From Patescibacteria group bacterium (GTDB lineage: Bacteria > Patescibacteriota > Microgenomatia > Daviesbacterales > UBA10151): DNA of 64,000 nt. The notes under the pieces were generated by a model. The model saw only the letters and a program-made list of their open reading frames with translations. It did no database searches and was not told where the DNA came from. The translations under genes and the position numbers were made by a program. This document shows, one piece after another, positions 1-9,647 of this stretch. How positions within the stretch are numbered: position 1 is the first letter of the stretch; each line of letters opens with the position of its first letter. The stretch is from contig CALRFD010000006.1 of NCBI GenBank assembly GCA_943356485.1, positions 7,450-71,449 of the forward strand, written 5' to 3'.

Positions 1-1220
1 AATACTTTACCTCAGCTAGAGGAGCTCGTAAAGGAGTTGCAGATAAAGCTTTGAAAACAGCAGATGCAGGATACTTAACTAGACGTTTAGTTGATGTTGC
101 GCATGATGTGATTATCCGAATGGATGATTGTCACACGACAAAAGGGTTGGACTATGATATTTCAAAGAGTAATTTTACCAACGCGAGAGAAAAACTTTTA
201 GGAAGAGTGGCTTTGGAAAATATAACGGAACCAAAAAGCAGGAAAGTTTTAGTTAAGGCAGGAGTGATATTGATAGAAGAACATATCCAGGAAATTTTGA
301 AAAGTGGTGTGCAGGTTGTTATGGCAAGATCTACCTTGACTTGTGAAGCAAAATACGGAATTTGTAAAAGCTGTTATGGCTTTGATTTAACAACCAGAGA
401 GTTAGTCAAGATTGGTACTCCGGTTGGAGTTGTTGCCGCTCAAGCTATCGGTGAGCCTGGTACACAGTTAACCATGCGTACTTTCCATACCGGAGGTATT
501 GTTGGTCTAGACATTACGCAAGGTTTACCAAGAGTAGAAGAGCTATATGAAGCTAGAACTCCAAAAGTCGCATCCCCAATTGCCGAGATCGCTGGAAAAG
601 TTTCCGTATTAGAGACTGAGCTTGGAACCAGAATCAGAGTCAGAACAACTTCAAAGCCACATGAAGAAAGAGAATATGTTATTCCTGCAACTGCTACACT
701 GTTAGTTGAAGAAGGTCAGTTAATAGATGCGGGAACTATTCTCGCATCAGGACATATGGACGTCAAAGAGATCTTGAGAATTCAAGGTTTAAGGGCGGCG
801 CAAAGATATATTGTTGATCAGGTGAGACTTGTTTATGAATCTCAGGGAGTACCGATTAATGAAAAGCATTTTGAAGTTATTGTTAGAAAAATGTCTGACA
901 AGGTTAGGGTTGACTCTCAAGGTGACACCAATCTTTTACCGGGTGAGATTATTGATCAAATCAGGTTTGAAGATGAAAACAAAAGAGTCTTGGCAGGTGG
1001 TGGAGAGCCGGCAACAGCAGAGGTTGTGATATTAGGTATAACTAGGGCATCTTTGCAAACAGAGAGCTTCTTATCATCTGCTTCCTTCCAGGAAACAACT
1101 TCAGTCCTCTCGGATGCGGCGATTTCAGGAAAGTCTGATAGGTTAATTGGTTTGAAGGAAAATGTTATAATCGGCCGACTTATCCCGACTTCAGAAGAGA
1201 GAGCAAGAATAGAAGGGTAA
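1..1220 (+). CDS. rpoC: DNA-directed RNA polymerase subunit beta' (C-terminal part; 5' end outside window, reading frame opens at nt 3)
   Basis: Translation from nt 3 gives ...SARGARKGVADKALKTADAGYLTRRLVDVAHD..., the conserved RpoC C-terminal region; it continues the track ORF 51..1220 upstream to the window edge. Confidence 0.9.
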   Translation, partial: YFTSARGARKGVADKALKTADAGYLTRRLVDVAHDVIIRMDDCHTTKGLDYDISKSNFTNAREKLLGRVALENITEPKSRKVLVKAGVILIEEHIQEILKSGVQVVMARSTLTCEAKYGICKSCYGFDLTTRELVKIGTPVGVVAAQAIGEPGTQLTMRTFHTGGIVGLDITQGLPRVEELYEARTPKVASPIAEIAGKVSVLETELGTRIRVRTTSKPHEEREYVIPATATLLVEEGQLIDAGTILASGHMDVKEILRIQGLRAAQRYIVDQVRLVYESQGVPINEKHFEVIVRKMSDKVRVDSQGDTNLLPGEIIDQIRFEDENKRVLAGGGEPATAEVVILGITRASLQTESFLSSASFQETTSVLSDAAISGKSDRLIGLKENVIIGRLIPTSEERARIEG

Positions 1221-1237
1221 GAAGATAAATACATAAG

Positions 1238-1699
1238 ATGCCAACAATTAATCAATTAGTTAGAAAAGGCAGGAAAACTATCGTTAAAAAGATTAAAGCA
1301 ACTGCGCTAAGACGAAGCTTTAATGTAAAGAATCGAAAGTATACACAAAATTTTAATCCTCAAAAAAGAGGCGTGGTCACCTTGGTAAAAACGATGACTC
1401 CTAAAAAACCTAATTCAGCTCTTAGAAAAGTCGCCAGAGTAAGACTTTCAAATAGAGCTGAGGTTACAGCATATATTCAAGGTGAAGGTCATTCCTTGGC
1501 TGAGCACGGGATTGTTTTAGTTAGAGGAGGAAGAGTAAAAGATTTACCAGGAGTTAAGTATCATTTGATCAGAGGAAAGTTTGACTTAGCAGGTGTACAG
1601 GGAAGGAAAAAAGCCAGATCAATATATGGTACAAAGAAAGGTGGAGGTCTAGCTGCAAAGGTAGCTCCGAAAGCAGCTCCGGCAGTACCAGCTGCATAA
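1238..1699 (+). CDS. rpsL: 30S ribosomal protein S12 with ~25-aa Ala/Lys/Pro-rich C-terminal extension
   Basis: [13 protein letters not shown]... and the conserved PNSALRKV motif; 153 aa versus ~124 typical. Confidence 0.93.
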   Translation: MPTINQLVRKGRKTIVKKIKATALRRSFNVKNRKYTQNFNPQKRGVVTLVKTMTPKKPNSALRKVARVRLSNRAEVTAYIQGEGHSLAEHGIVLVRGGRVKDLPGVKYHLIRGKFDLAGVQGRKKARSIYGTKKGGGLAAKVAPKAAPAVPAA

Positions 1700-1705
1700 A
1701 ATATT

Positions 1706-2182
1706 ATGAGAAGTAAAAAAGCACCAGATAGAATATTGCCTCTTGATCCGATTTATGGTTCAAGGATACTCTCCCGTTTTATTAACAAAGTCATGAAAGA
1801 TGGTAAAAGATCAACTGCACAAAGTGTAGTTTACAAGGCCATGGAGGCAATTAAAGAGCAAAGTAAACAAGAACCATTAAGTGTTTTTGAAAAAGCTATT
1901 GCCAATGTTGCGCCTAAGATGGAAGTTAGACCCAGAAGAGTTGGAGGAGCTTCATATCAGGTGCCTGTTGAGGTACGCGGAGATAGAAAAGAAGCATTAG
2001 CTATCAGATGGTTAATTTCTGCCGCCAGATCAAGGTCAAATGCAGCATTTCATGGTTTTGATAAAAAATTAGCAGCAGAGCTTATGGATGCTGCAAATAA
2101 TGCCGGATCTGCCATGAAGAAAAAAGAAGATATGCAAAAAACAGCCAATGCTAATCGCGCTTTTGCTCATTTTAGGTGGTAA
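1706..2182 (+). CDS. rpsG: 30S ribosomal protein S7
   Basis: MRSKKAPDRILPLDPIYGS...VMKDGKRSTA... typical S7; canonical position after rpsL. Confidence 0.93.
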   Translation: MRSKKAPDRILPLDPIYGSRILSRFINKVMKDGKRSTAQSVVYKAMEAIKEQSKQEPLSVFEKAIANVAPKMEVRPRRVGGASYQVPVEVRGDRKEALAIRWLISAARSRSNAAFHGFDKKLAAELMDAANNAGSAMKKKEDMQKTANANRAFAHFRW

Positions 2183-2185
2183 TTT

Positions 2186-2401
2186 ATGGCTCATTCGCCA
2201 GAAGAAGATTCCGGCAGGATAATACCTTTTAGAAAATCTACAAAGCATTCTTCTTCGGGTTTAAATCCAGAACAAAGAAGTCAACTCTTAAGTGAAATTT
2301 TTCCGCAAAGAATAGAAGGAATAAGTGCTAGACAAATACCCAGGGTATGGGGTTTAAAAAGCTCAGGAGGCAAAATTTTATATTTTCCTAAGTCATATTG
2401 A
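2186..2401 (+). CDS. hypothetical small protein (71 aa)
   Basis: ORF starts 4 nt after the rpsG stop and is preceded by AGGTGG SD; no recognisable family. Confidence 0.3.
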   Translation: MAHSPEEDSGRIIPFRKSTKHSSSGLNPEQRSQLLSEIFPQRIEGISARQIPRVWGLKSSGGKILYFPKSY

Positions 2402-2444
2402 AAAAACCACTAGGTGGTAATAATCAATTTACATGATTGTGGTT

Positions 2445-2474
2445 GACTTTTAGGATCAGATTAATTAAGATTTA
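2445..2474 (+). promoter_or_regulatory. putative sigma70-type promoter (TTGACT-17-TAAGAT)
   Basis: -35 TTGACT, 17-nt spacer, -10 TAAGAT, directly upstream of the hairpin and the greA-NTD-like ORF plus fusA. Confidence 0.35.
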
Positions 2475-2478
2475 CAAA

Positions 2479-2504
2479 GTGACCTCCCAGAGGGGAGGTT
2501 TTTT
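2479..2504 (+). terminator. intrinsic terminator-like hairpin CCTCCC-AGAG-GGGAGG + T6 (possible attenuator in the fusA leader)
   Basis: GC stem followed by a T-run in the AT-rich intergenic region. Confidence 0.5.
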
Positions 2505-2524
2505 ATCGGAGATAAAGATATATT

Positions 2525-2752
2525 ATGATAGACGAAAAGCTGCGACAGGAAAAATTAAAGATGTGGAGAGAGAATCTGAAACAGTTGGAAAAACAACTGC
2601 AGGAGATTCTTATCAAAAAAGGCCAGGCTGCTCAAGAAGGGGATCTTTCAGAAAATGCAGCTTACACTATGGCAATTGAGGATTCAGAAACAGCTAGGGT
2701 TAGGATTGAAGAGATAAAGAAGATCATCCGAGAGTTGGAGGCAGGGAAGTAA
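2525..2752 (+). CDS. GreA/GreB N-terminal coiled-coil domain-only mini-protein (75 aa)
   Basis: ...[34 protein letters not shown] matches the GreA N-terminal finger domain (GDLKENAEYHAAKE...RI.EL); GGAG RBS; stop overlaps the fusA ATG. Confidence 0.45.
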   Translation: MIDEKLRQEKLKMWRENLKQLEKQLQEILIKKGQAAQEGDLSENAAYTMAIEDSETARVRIEEIKKIIRELEAGK

Positions 2753-4890
2753 TGGCTGTTACTAAAACCAAACGAGATTATCCTCTGGATAGAATCCGTA
2801 ATATCGGAATAATTGCACATATTGATGCAGGTAAAACTACGACTACCGAAAGGATACTTTTTTATACAGGAAGAACCTATAAAATCGGTGATATTGATGA
2901 AGGGACTACTACTACCGACTGGATGGAGCAAGAAAGAGAGCGTGGTATTACTATCGTATCAGCTGCCATCACGACCTTTTGGATTCCAAAGAGCGGACCT
3001 TTTAAAGATTTAGAGACCAGGATTAACTTAATTGATACACCGGGTCATGTTGATTTTACAGCTGAGGTAGAAAGATCATTAAGAGTTCTGGATGGCGGAG
3101 TTATTGTTTTAGACTCTTCTTCCGGAGTGCAATCTCAAACAGAGACTGTTTGGAGGCAGGCTAATAAGTATAAAGTCCCTTTGATTGCTTTCTCTAATAA
3201 AATGGATGTTGTTGGCGCAGATTTTTTAGGTACAATCCAATCTGCCAGAGATAGGCTTGGGGCAAATGCGATTGCTTACAATTTGCCAATAGGTAAGGAG
3301 AATGATTTTAAGGGAGTGGTAGATTTGCTTACAAAAACAGCTTTTATTTGGGAAGGTGATGAAACAGGGGCTAAATTTCATGCAGCTGAGATTCCTCAAG
3401 ATATGGTTTCGGAAGTTGACAGCCATAGAGAAAAATTAGTGGAGGAGATTGCCGGTTCAGATGATGTGTTAATGGAAAAATACCTTGGAGGTGAGGAGAT
3501 CTCAGTTGAAGAGCTAAAAGCAGCTCTTCGAAAAGCAGTTATCGACAATAAAATTGTTCCTGTTTTAGCCGGATCATCCTTGCGGAATAAAGGTGTGCAG
3601 TTAATGCTTGACTGTGTAGTTGAATATTTGCCTTCACCGCAAGATGTGAATGAATTCACCGGAATAAATCCTCAAACGCAGGAGGAAGAAATTAGAAAAG
3701 CTGTTGCCTCCGAGCCTTTAGGCGCTCTGGCTTTTAAAATTCAAGTCGATCCACATGTAGGAAAGTTAACCTATATCAGAATTTACTCAGGTACTTTAAA
3801 GAGCGGAAGCTATGTTTATAACGCCACAAAACAGATTAAAGAAAGAGTCGGCAGGTTGCTACTCATGCACGCTAATGATCGTGAGGAGATTGAAGAGGCC
3901 TATGCAGGGGAAATAGTTGCAGCAGTTGGGCTTAAAGATACAATCACCGGTGATTCACTTTGTGACGAATCTGCTCCTTTAATTTTGGAATCGATTTCTT
4001 TCCCTGATCCTGTTATCTCTCTGGCAATCGAACCAAAAACAAAGTCTGATCAGGAAAAGTTAGGTTATGCTCTGCAGAGACTGGCAGAGGAAGATCCGAC
4101 ATTTAGAGTCAAGTCTGATCCTGAAACACAACAAACAATCATTGCCGGAATGGGTGAGCTTCAACTGGAGATCTTAGTTGACAGGATGAAACGTGAGTTT
4201 AAGGTGGAAGCAAATGTAGGTCAGCCGCAGGTTGCGTATAAAGAAACGATTCAAAAAGAAGCTTTGGGTGAGGGTAAATATATCAGACAAACAGGAGGTC
4301 GCGGACAATACGGACACTGTTTGTTACGTATTGAGCCTCTTCCCAGAGGGCAAGGAAGAGAATTTGTATCAGCTGTTGTTGGCGGATCGATTCCAAGAGA
4401 ATTTATTGGACCGATTGAAAAAGGTGTTATTGAGAAAGAAGATACAGGATTATTAGCAGGTTATCCAGTAACTGACATTAAAGTAACAGTTTATGATGGA
4501 TCTTTCCATGATGTTGATTCATCTGAGATGGCATTTAAGATCGCCGGCAGCTTAGGTTTATCTGAGGCTTCTAAAAAAGCTGACATGATTCTGCTTGAAC
4601 CTATTATGAAGGTAGAAGTTACTACCCCGGATGAATTTTTAGGAGAGATAATTGGAGACTTGTCTTCAAAAAGAGCGCAAATTTTATCATCAGAAACTAG
4701 CGGAAAGGCTAGAGTGATAATTGCTTTGGTGCCTCTGGCTGAAATGCATGGATATGCTACAGCTATCCGGTCTATGTCGCAAGGCCGGGCTACTTACTAT
4801 ATGGAAGCAGATCACTATGAGCCTGTGCCAAGCAATATTACCCAAAAGATTATTGAAACCTCCGGCTTTACCGGACGTGTCGAACACTAA
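2752..4890 (+). CDS. fusA: elongation factor G
   Basis: [15 protein letters not shown]..., 712 aa, all EF-G domains present. Confidence 0.95.
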   Translation: MAVTKTKRDYPLDRIRNIGIIAHIDAGKTTTTERILFYTGRTYKIGDIDEGTTTTDWMEQERERGITIVSAAITTFWIPKSGPFKDLETRINLIDTPGHVDFTAEVERSLRVLDGGVIVLDSSSGVQSQTETVWRQANKYKVPLIAFSNKMDVVGADFLGTIQSARDRLGANAIAYNLPIGKENDFKGVVDLLTKTAFIWEGDETGAKFHAAEIPQDMVSEVDSHREKLVEEIAGSDDVLMEKYLGGEEISVEELKAALRKAVIDNKIVPVLAGSSLRNKGVQLMLDCVVEYLPSPQDVNEFTGINPQTQEEEIRKAVASEPLGALAFKIQVDPHVGKLTYIRIYSGTLKSGSYVYNATKQIKERVGRLLLMHANDREEIEEAYAGEIVAAVGLKDTITGDSLCDESAPLILESISFPDPVISLAIEPKTKSDQEKLGYALQRLAEEDPTFRVKSDPETQQTIIAGMGELQLEILVDRMKREFKVEANVGQPQVAYKETIQKEALGEGKYIRQTGGRGQYGHCLLRIEPLPRGQGREFVSAVVGGSIPREFIGPIEKGVIEKEDTGLLAGYPVTDIKVTVYDGSFHDVDSSEMAFKIAGSLGLSEASKKADMILLEPIMKVEVTTPDEFLGEIIGDLSSKRAQILSSETSGKARVIIALVPLAEMHGYATAIRSMSQGRATYYMEADHYEPVPSNITQKIIETSGFTGRVEH

Positions 4891-4902
4891 AAGTATTTCA
4901 GT

Positions 4903-5892
4903 ATGATATCTAAAGAGCAGTTAAACCTTGCGGTAGTGCCGGGTGGGAGTATGGGTCAAGCAATAGCTCTAATCGCTGCTCAAAAGGGTCATAATGTCAG
5001 GGTTTATCGAAGAGCGCATGAAGTTGACACCAGAGAAAGAGTTAATCTTCCTGATAATGTTAAAATATTTTCCTCATTGAAAGACACGGTTACGGGGGTT
5101 GATGTTCTTGTTCTAGCTCCGCCTACTCAAATTTTTGAAGAATTAGCCAGAGAGTCATTGTTTTATTTGAAGCGTGAGAGTTTAATTTTAAGCGCTTCAA
5201 AAGGATTACAAAAAGGAACTAATCATAGGCCCTCACAGATATTGGAAAACTTGGATCAGACTTTGCGGCCAAGAATAGCCGTTATGTCTGGTCCTAATTT
5301 AGCTTCAGGCATTCTAAGAGGTGATGAGACTGGAACGGTAATTGCTGCTTATAATTCTAAAGTTGCTAATTATCTTCGGGATAGGCTTGAAAATCCCAAA
5401 TTTATTATTCAAGCAGAGAAAGACCTTATAGGAGTAGAGTTGGGAGGAGCTTTTAAAAATTTAGTAGCCTTGGCTGCAGGTATGTTTGATGAAATAAATA
5501 TGTCAGCAAACACAAAGGCTTATTATATAACCAAGTTAGTAAGCGAATTAGTTGAAGTTGCCCTAAGGCAAGGTGCTAAAAGTTCAACATTCACCGGGTT
5601 GTCCTGGTTGGGGGATATTTTTTTGTGCACTACAGATAATGAAAGTAGAAACTATAGAGCTGGGGAGTTGTTGGTGAAAAATCCAAGGGCAGCTCAGGGT
5701 TTTTTGTCTGAAGATAAACCATGGTTAGCAGAGGGTGTGCATACTATTGCTCCTGCATACGCTTTGGCAAGAGTGAGCAATATAAATTCTACGCCTATAC
5801 TTGATTTGATTAATAACGCAGTATATACAGAACAAAGTCTTGAGGATGCTATTAATAGATTGGGGAATAATCGAGACTACCATGATTCTTGA
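4903..5892 (+). CDS. gpsA: NAD(P)H-dependent glycerol-3-phosphate dehydrogenase
   Basis: N-terminal Rossmann fold; ELGGAFKNLVALAAGMFDE...GLSWLGDIFLCTTDNESRNYRAG matches GpsA VGGALKNVIAIAAG...GLGDLVLTCTS..SRNRRFG. Confidence 0.75.
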   Translation: MISKEQLNLAVVPGGSMGQAIALIAAQKGHNVRVYRRAHEVDTRERVNLPDNVKIFSSLKDTVTGVDVLVLAPPTQIFEELARESLFYLKRESLILSASKGLQKGTNHRPSQILENLDQTLRPRIAVMSGPNLASGILRGDETGTVIAAYNSKVANYLRDRLENPKFIIQAEKDLIGVELGGAFKNLVALAAGMFDEINMSANTKAYYITKLVSELVEVALRQGAKSSTFTGLSWLGDIFLCTTDNESRNYRAGELLVKNPRAAQGFLSEDKPWLAEGVHTIAPAYALARVSNINSTPILDLINNAVYTEQSLEDAINRLGNNRDYHDS

Positions 5893-5924
5893 CAATGCAG
5901 TCTTGAACATGAGAGTCTTAAATT

Positions 5925-6905
5925 ATGGATCAAGTAAATAAAGCTAAAAATTCTTCACTACCACCAATAGGTCAGTTATTTAAAGAGGCCTGGAATACTT
6001 TTAAACGCAGTCTTTTGCAGTTAATTTTATTAAATATTTTAGGAATGGCAGTTTATTTTTTACTGGCTGCTTTGGCATTTGTTATTTTAGTATTAAGCGG
6101 TTTAGGATCCAGCATCCTGCAAAAAGGCTTAATGGGACTAAGTGCAATTACTCCATTATCCGGCATTATTTTTCTTGCAATAGGAGTTATCTCTTTAATT
6201 ATTGCTGCAGCAGCGCAGATTTGTGCAGTCTTAATTGTTAACGATAAAGCACAAACTAAACTAGTTGAGAAATTTAAAAAAAGCTTTAGTTATATCTGGC
6301 CTTTGTTTTTAATTAACTTAGTGACTGGTTTTTTGACAATAGGAGGGTCTTTTTTATTTGTCATTCCCGGAATACTTTTTATAATGCTTTTTTCCTATGT
6401 GCAATTTGAAGTAATTTTGAATAACCAGTTGGGCTTATCCTCCATAAAGCGCTCTGTTGGAATAATCAGTAAAAATTTTGGTGAGATTTTTATCCGGTAT
6501 TTGCTTCTAATTCTGATCTATTTTGGGATATCGATTGTACTTAGCATTTTTAAAAATATTTTGCCACAGGAATTAAAGTGGTTACCAAATATTATCTCCA
6601 GTATCATTCATATGTTCTGGGGTTGGTTTATGTTAGCCTTTAGTATTGTTTTATATAAACAGTCAAAAAGCGTAACAAGCAATGAGGAGGTCAGTAATAT
6701 TATCTGGATTTGGATAGTAGCTGTCTTAGGCTGGTTGATTGCTTTAAGTTTAACTATTATAACCTGGAAAGTGCTATACCCAGAGGTGTTGAAAGATGTA
6801 GAAACTAAACTTCCGCAAACTGTAATTTTAAACTCAGTAAAAGATTTTCCGTTATCAAGTGAGTCCTCGCCTTCAGCGAATAAAAAAACTTTCGGGAAAA
6901 ACTGA
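5925..6905 (+). CDS. hypothetical polytopic membrane protein
   Basis: 326 aa with ~8 hydrophobic helices; no recognisable family. Confidence 0.5.
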   Translation: MDQVNKAKNSSLPPIGQLFKEAWNTFKRSLLQLILLNILGMAVYFLLAALAFVILVLSGLGSSILQKGLMGLSAITPLSGIIFLAIGVISLIIAAAAQICAVLIVNDKAQTKLVEKFKKSFSYIWPLFLINLVTGFLTIGGSFLFVIPGILFIMLFSYVQFEVILNNQLGLSSIKRSVGIISKNFGEIFIRYLLLILIYFGISIVLSIFKNILPQELKWLPNIISSIIHMFWGWFMLAFSIVLYKQSKSVTSNEEVSNIIWIWIVAVLGWLIALSLTIITWKVLYPEVLKDVETKLPQTVILNSVKDFPLSSESSPSANKKTFGKN

Positions 6906-6924
6906 ATGCTGGCAATTGGTCTCT

Positions 6925-7025
6925 TGCATTTTGTTTACAAATGCGATATATTTATAACTACCAGCGAGAAAGAGCTGGATTTTAATGGCCTCTTGCATTA
7001 AAATGCAATTACCGTTAAAATAACA
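6925..7025 (+). promoter_or_regulatory. two tandem promoter-like units upstream of tuf (TTGCAT-17-TATATT and TTGCAT-17-TAAAAT)
   Basis: Repeated CTCTTGCATT -35-like boxes with 17-nt spacers and A/T -10 hexamers; palindrome TTGCATTAAAATGCAA. Confidence 0.35.
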
Positions 7026-7030
7026 AAATT

Positions 7031-8215
7031 ATGGCAGACGCAAAAAAGTTCGATAGAAGTAAACCACACGTAAATATTGGCACCATGGGTCATGTTGACC
7101 ACGGTAAAACAACTCTTACAGCAGCTATAACTACTGTGCTTGCTGGTAAAGGCATGGCAGAAAAAAGATCTGTTGATCAAATTGATAATGCTCCTGAAGA
7201 AAAAGCTCGTGGTATTACGATTAATATTTCTCATCAGGAATACGAGACAGCTAAAAGGCATTATGCTCATATTGATATGCCTGGTCATGCAGATTATATC
7301 AAAAACATGATTACCGGAGCTGCGCAAACTGATGGAGCTATTTTAGTTGTTTCCGCCCCAGATGGTCCTATGCCTCAAACAAGAGAACATTTGTTATTAG
7401 CCCGACAGGTTGGAGTTCCGGCGATTGTAGTTTTCTTAAATAAATGTGACATGGTTGACGACGCCGAACTGCTAGATTTGGTTGAAGAAGAGGTTAGAGA
7501 TTTGCTTAAGAAATATGAATATGATGCAAATTCTCCAATAATTAGAGGATCTGCTAAAAAAGCTTTGGAAGGTGACCCAACAGCTGTAAAAGCCATTGAA
7601 GACTTAATGGATAAGGTAGATGAGTGGATTCCAACTCCTGTTAGGGATAAGGATAAACCATTTTTAATGGCAGTGGAAGATGTTTTCTCTATTAAGGGTA
7701 GAGGAACAGTGGTAACCGGTAGAATTGAAAGAGGAGTAGTAAAAGTTAATGAAGAAATAGAAATTGTGGGAATTAGGCCAACTAAAAAGAGTGTTGTTAC
7801 TGGAATTGAGATGTTTCACAAATTATTAGATCAGGGTGAAGCCGGAGATAATGCCGGAATTTTACTTCGGGGTGTTGAAAAAGATGATGTTGAAAGAGGA
7901 CAAGTTTTAGCCAAACCAGGCTCAATTACTCCTCATTCCGAATTTGAAGCGGAAGTCTACATTCTTTCTAAGGAAGAAGGCGGTAGGCATACTCCATTTT
8001 TCAAAGGTTACAGACCACAATTTTATATCAGAACAACTGACGTGACTGGTGAAGTAACTCTTCCAGAAGGTGTTGAAATGGCTATGCCAGGCGATACAGT
8101 TAAAGTGGTTGGAAAATTAATTACACCGGTTGCTATGGAAGATGGTTTAAGGTTTGCTGTTCGAGAAGGCGGTAAAACTGTTGGAGCCGGAGTTATTACC
8201 AAGATAATTGCCTAA
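7031..8215 (+). CDS. tuf: elongation factor Tu
   Basis: [15 protein letters not shown]..., 394 aa. Confidence 0.96.
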   Translation: MADAKKFDRSKPHVNIGTMGHVDHGKTTLTAAITTVLAGKGMAEKRSVDQIDNAPEEKARGITINISHQEYETAKRHYAHIDMPGHADYIKNMITGAAQTDGAILVVSAPDGPMPQTREHLLLARQVGVPAIVVFLNKCDMVDDAELLDLVEEEVRDLLKKYEYDANSPIIRGSAKKALEGDPTAVKAIEDLMDKVDEWIPTPVRDKDKPFLMAVEDVFSIKGRGTVVTGRIERGVVKVNEEIEIVGIRPTKKSVVTGIEMFHKLLDQGEAGDNAGILLRGVEKDDVERGQVLAKPGSITPHSEFEAEVYILSKEEGGRHTPFFKGYRPQFYIRTTDVTGEVTLPEGVEMAMPGDTVKVVGKLITPVAMEDGLRFAVREGGKTVGAGVITKIIA

Positions 8216-8243
8216 CATTTTGGTTGCACATTGAAAGGACTAT

Positions 8244-8552
8244 ATGCCAAGAGGAAGAATCAGAGTAAAACTGAAAAGTTTTGATCACAGAGTGTTAGAT
8301 AACACCTGTGAGTCCCTTTTGGATACAGCCCTTCGAACCGGCGCTAAGATTGTTGGTCCAATCCCCTTACCTACAAAAAGAGAGATGATTACTGTTCTAC
8401 GTTCTCCTCATACAGATAAAGATGCAAGAGAAGCATTTGAGATAAAAACCCACAAAAGAATGATTGATATTATTGAACCAACCCAAAAAACTATTGATTC
8501 GCTGATGCACTTGGAGATTCCCGCTGGCGTTGACATTGAAGTAAAGATGTAG
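8244..8552 (+). CDS. rpsJ: 30S ribosomal protein S10
   Basis: IRVKLKSFDHRVLD...GPIPLPTKRE... typical S10. Confidence 0.93.
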   Translation: MPRGRIRVKLKSFDHRVLDNTCESLLDTALRTGAKIVGPIPLPTKREMITVLRSPHTDKDAREAFEIKTHKRMIDIIEPTQKTIDSLMHLEIPAGVDIEVKM

Positions 8553-8587
8553 TTTTTACATCAACTTGCTTAAAATTATCACTTCTT

Positions 8588-8818
8588 GCAATTTACGCAC
8601 AAGACTGTTAAAATTCCTTTTAGTGATGACCATTTCAAGTGGTTAATTAATATTTGATATTTTCAGTAGATCGCGTCCTTCGCTTCTAAGGCACAGACGT
8701 AGATACGCTCAGGATAAACTGGTCGGTATCTGCAATTTGTCCTGAGAAATAGAATAAGGAAAGAAATACTGAGTGAGTGTTCCCTAAAAAGGACTCACTC
8801 TTTTTTGTGCGTAAATAA
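8588..8818 (+). promoter_or_regulatory. structured 230-nt rpsJ-rplC intergenic leader closed by a 10-bp inverted repeat (ATTTACGCAC ... GTGCGTAAAT) and ending in a GAGTGAGTG...CACTCACTC-T6 hairpin
   Basis: Long-range complementarity bracketing the whole spacer plus internal hairpins. There is no room for a promoter between the hairpin and the rplC start. Confidence 0.35.
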
Positions 8819-8819
8819 T

Positions 8820-9647
8820 ATGATTAATACATTATTAGGTGTAAAAAAGAATATGACTTCAACTTATGACTCTCGTGGCCGTCGGGTTGGCGCAACTATT
8901 TTAGAAATTGCTCCAAATTTTATAACCCAAGTCAAGACTATTGAGGGAAAAGATGGTTATAATGCTATTCAAATTGGAACCGGAACTAAAAAGTCCATTA
9001 AAAAGCCTCAGCTCGGCATTGGAAAAAAAGCTGGAGTTGAAAAACCAATTAGATGGTTTAGGGAAGTCAGAATTATGGAAAATCCCTCGACTTCGCTCGG
9101 GACTTTACAGCCTGGAACAGAAATCAAACTGAACCAGGTTTTTTCAATAGGAGATGCCATAAAAGTAACTGGAATATCTAAGGGTAAAGGATTCCAGGGT
9201 GGAGTTAGAAGACATGGCTTTCATGGCGGATCTAGAACACATGGTCAATCCGATAGAATGCGTGCGCCGGGTTCTATTGGCTCAGGAACAACTCCAGGTA
9301 GAGTTTATAAAGGAAAAAGAATGGCTGGACATATGGGCATGGATACTGTGACCACTAAGAATCTAGAGGTAGTAGGAATTGATAAACAGAAAAATCTATT
9401 AATAGTTAAAGGAGCGATTCCGGGTTCAACAGGCGGATTAATTAAAATAATAAAGCTAGGAAGAATTAAAGGTTATACTCCTCCACCTGAAGAAAAACCA
9501 TCTGAAGAAGAAATTTCAGAAAACTCTGAAAAACTCGGAAAGCCAGAAAACCAGAATTCCGGTGAGTCTGATAATTCTGATAAATCCGGTGCACAGAGTC
9601 CTTCTGAGTCTTCTGAAAAAGAGGAGGTAGTACCAGATGCCAGTTAA
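8820..9647 (+). CDS. rplC: 50S ribosomal protein L3 with acidic Ser/Glu-rich C-terminal extension
   Basis: MINTLLGVKKNMTSTYDSRG... aligns with E. coli MIGLVGKKVGMTRIFTEDG.... The track ORF begins at TTG 8805 and the likely ATG is 8820. The ~55-aa tail ISENSEKLGKPENQNSGESDNSDKSG... is not part of canonical L3. Confidence 0.9.
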   Translation: MINTLLGVKKNMTSTYDSRGRRVGATILEIAPNFITQVKTIEGKDGYNAIQIGTGTKKSIKKPQLGIGKKAGVEKPIRWFREVRIMENPSTSLGTLQPGTEIKLNQVFSIGDAIKVTGISKGKGFQGGVRRHGFHGGSRTHGQSDRMRAPGSIGSGTTPGRVYKGKRMAGHMGMDTVTTKNLEVVGIDKQKNLLIVKGAIPGSTGGLIKIIKLGRIKGYTPPPEEKPSEEEISENSEKLGKPENQNSGESDNSDKSGAQSPSESSEKEEVVPDAS

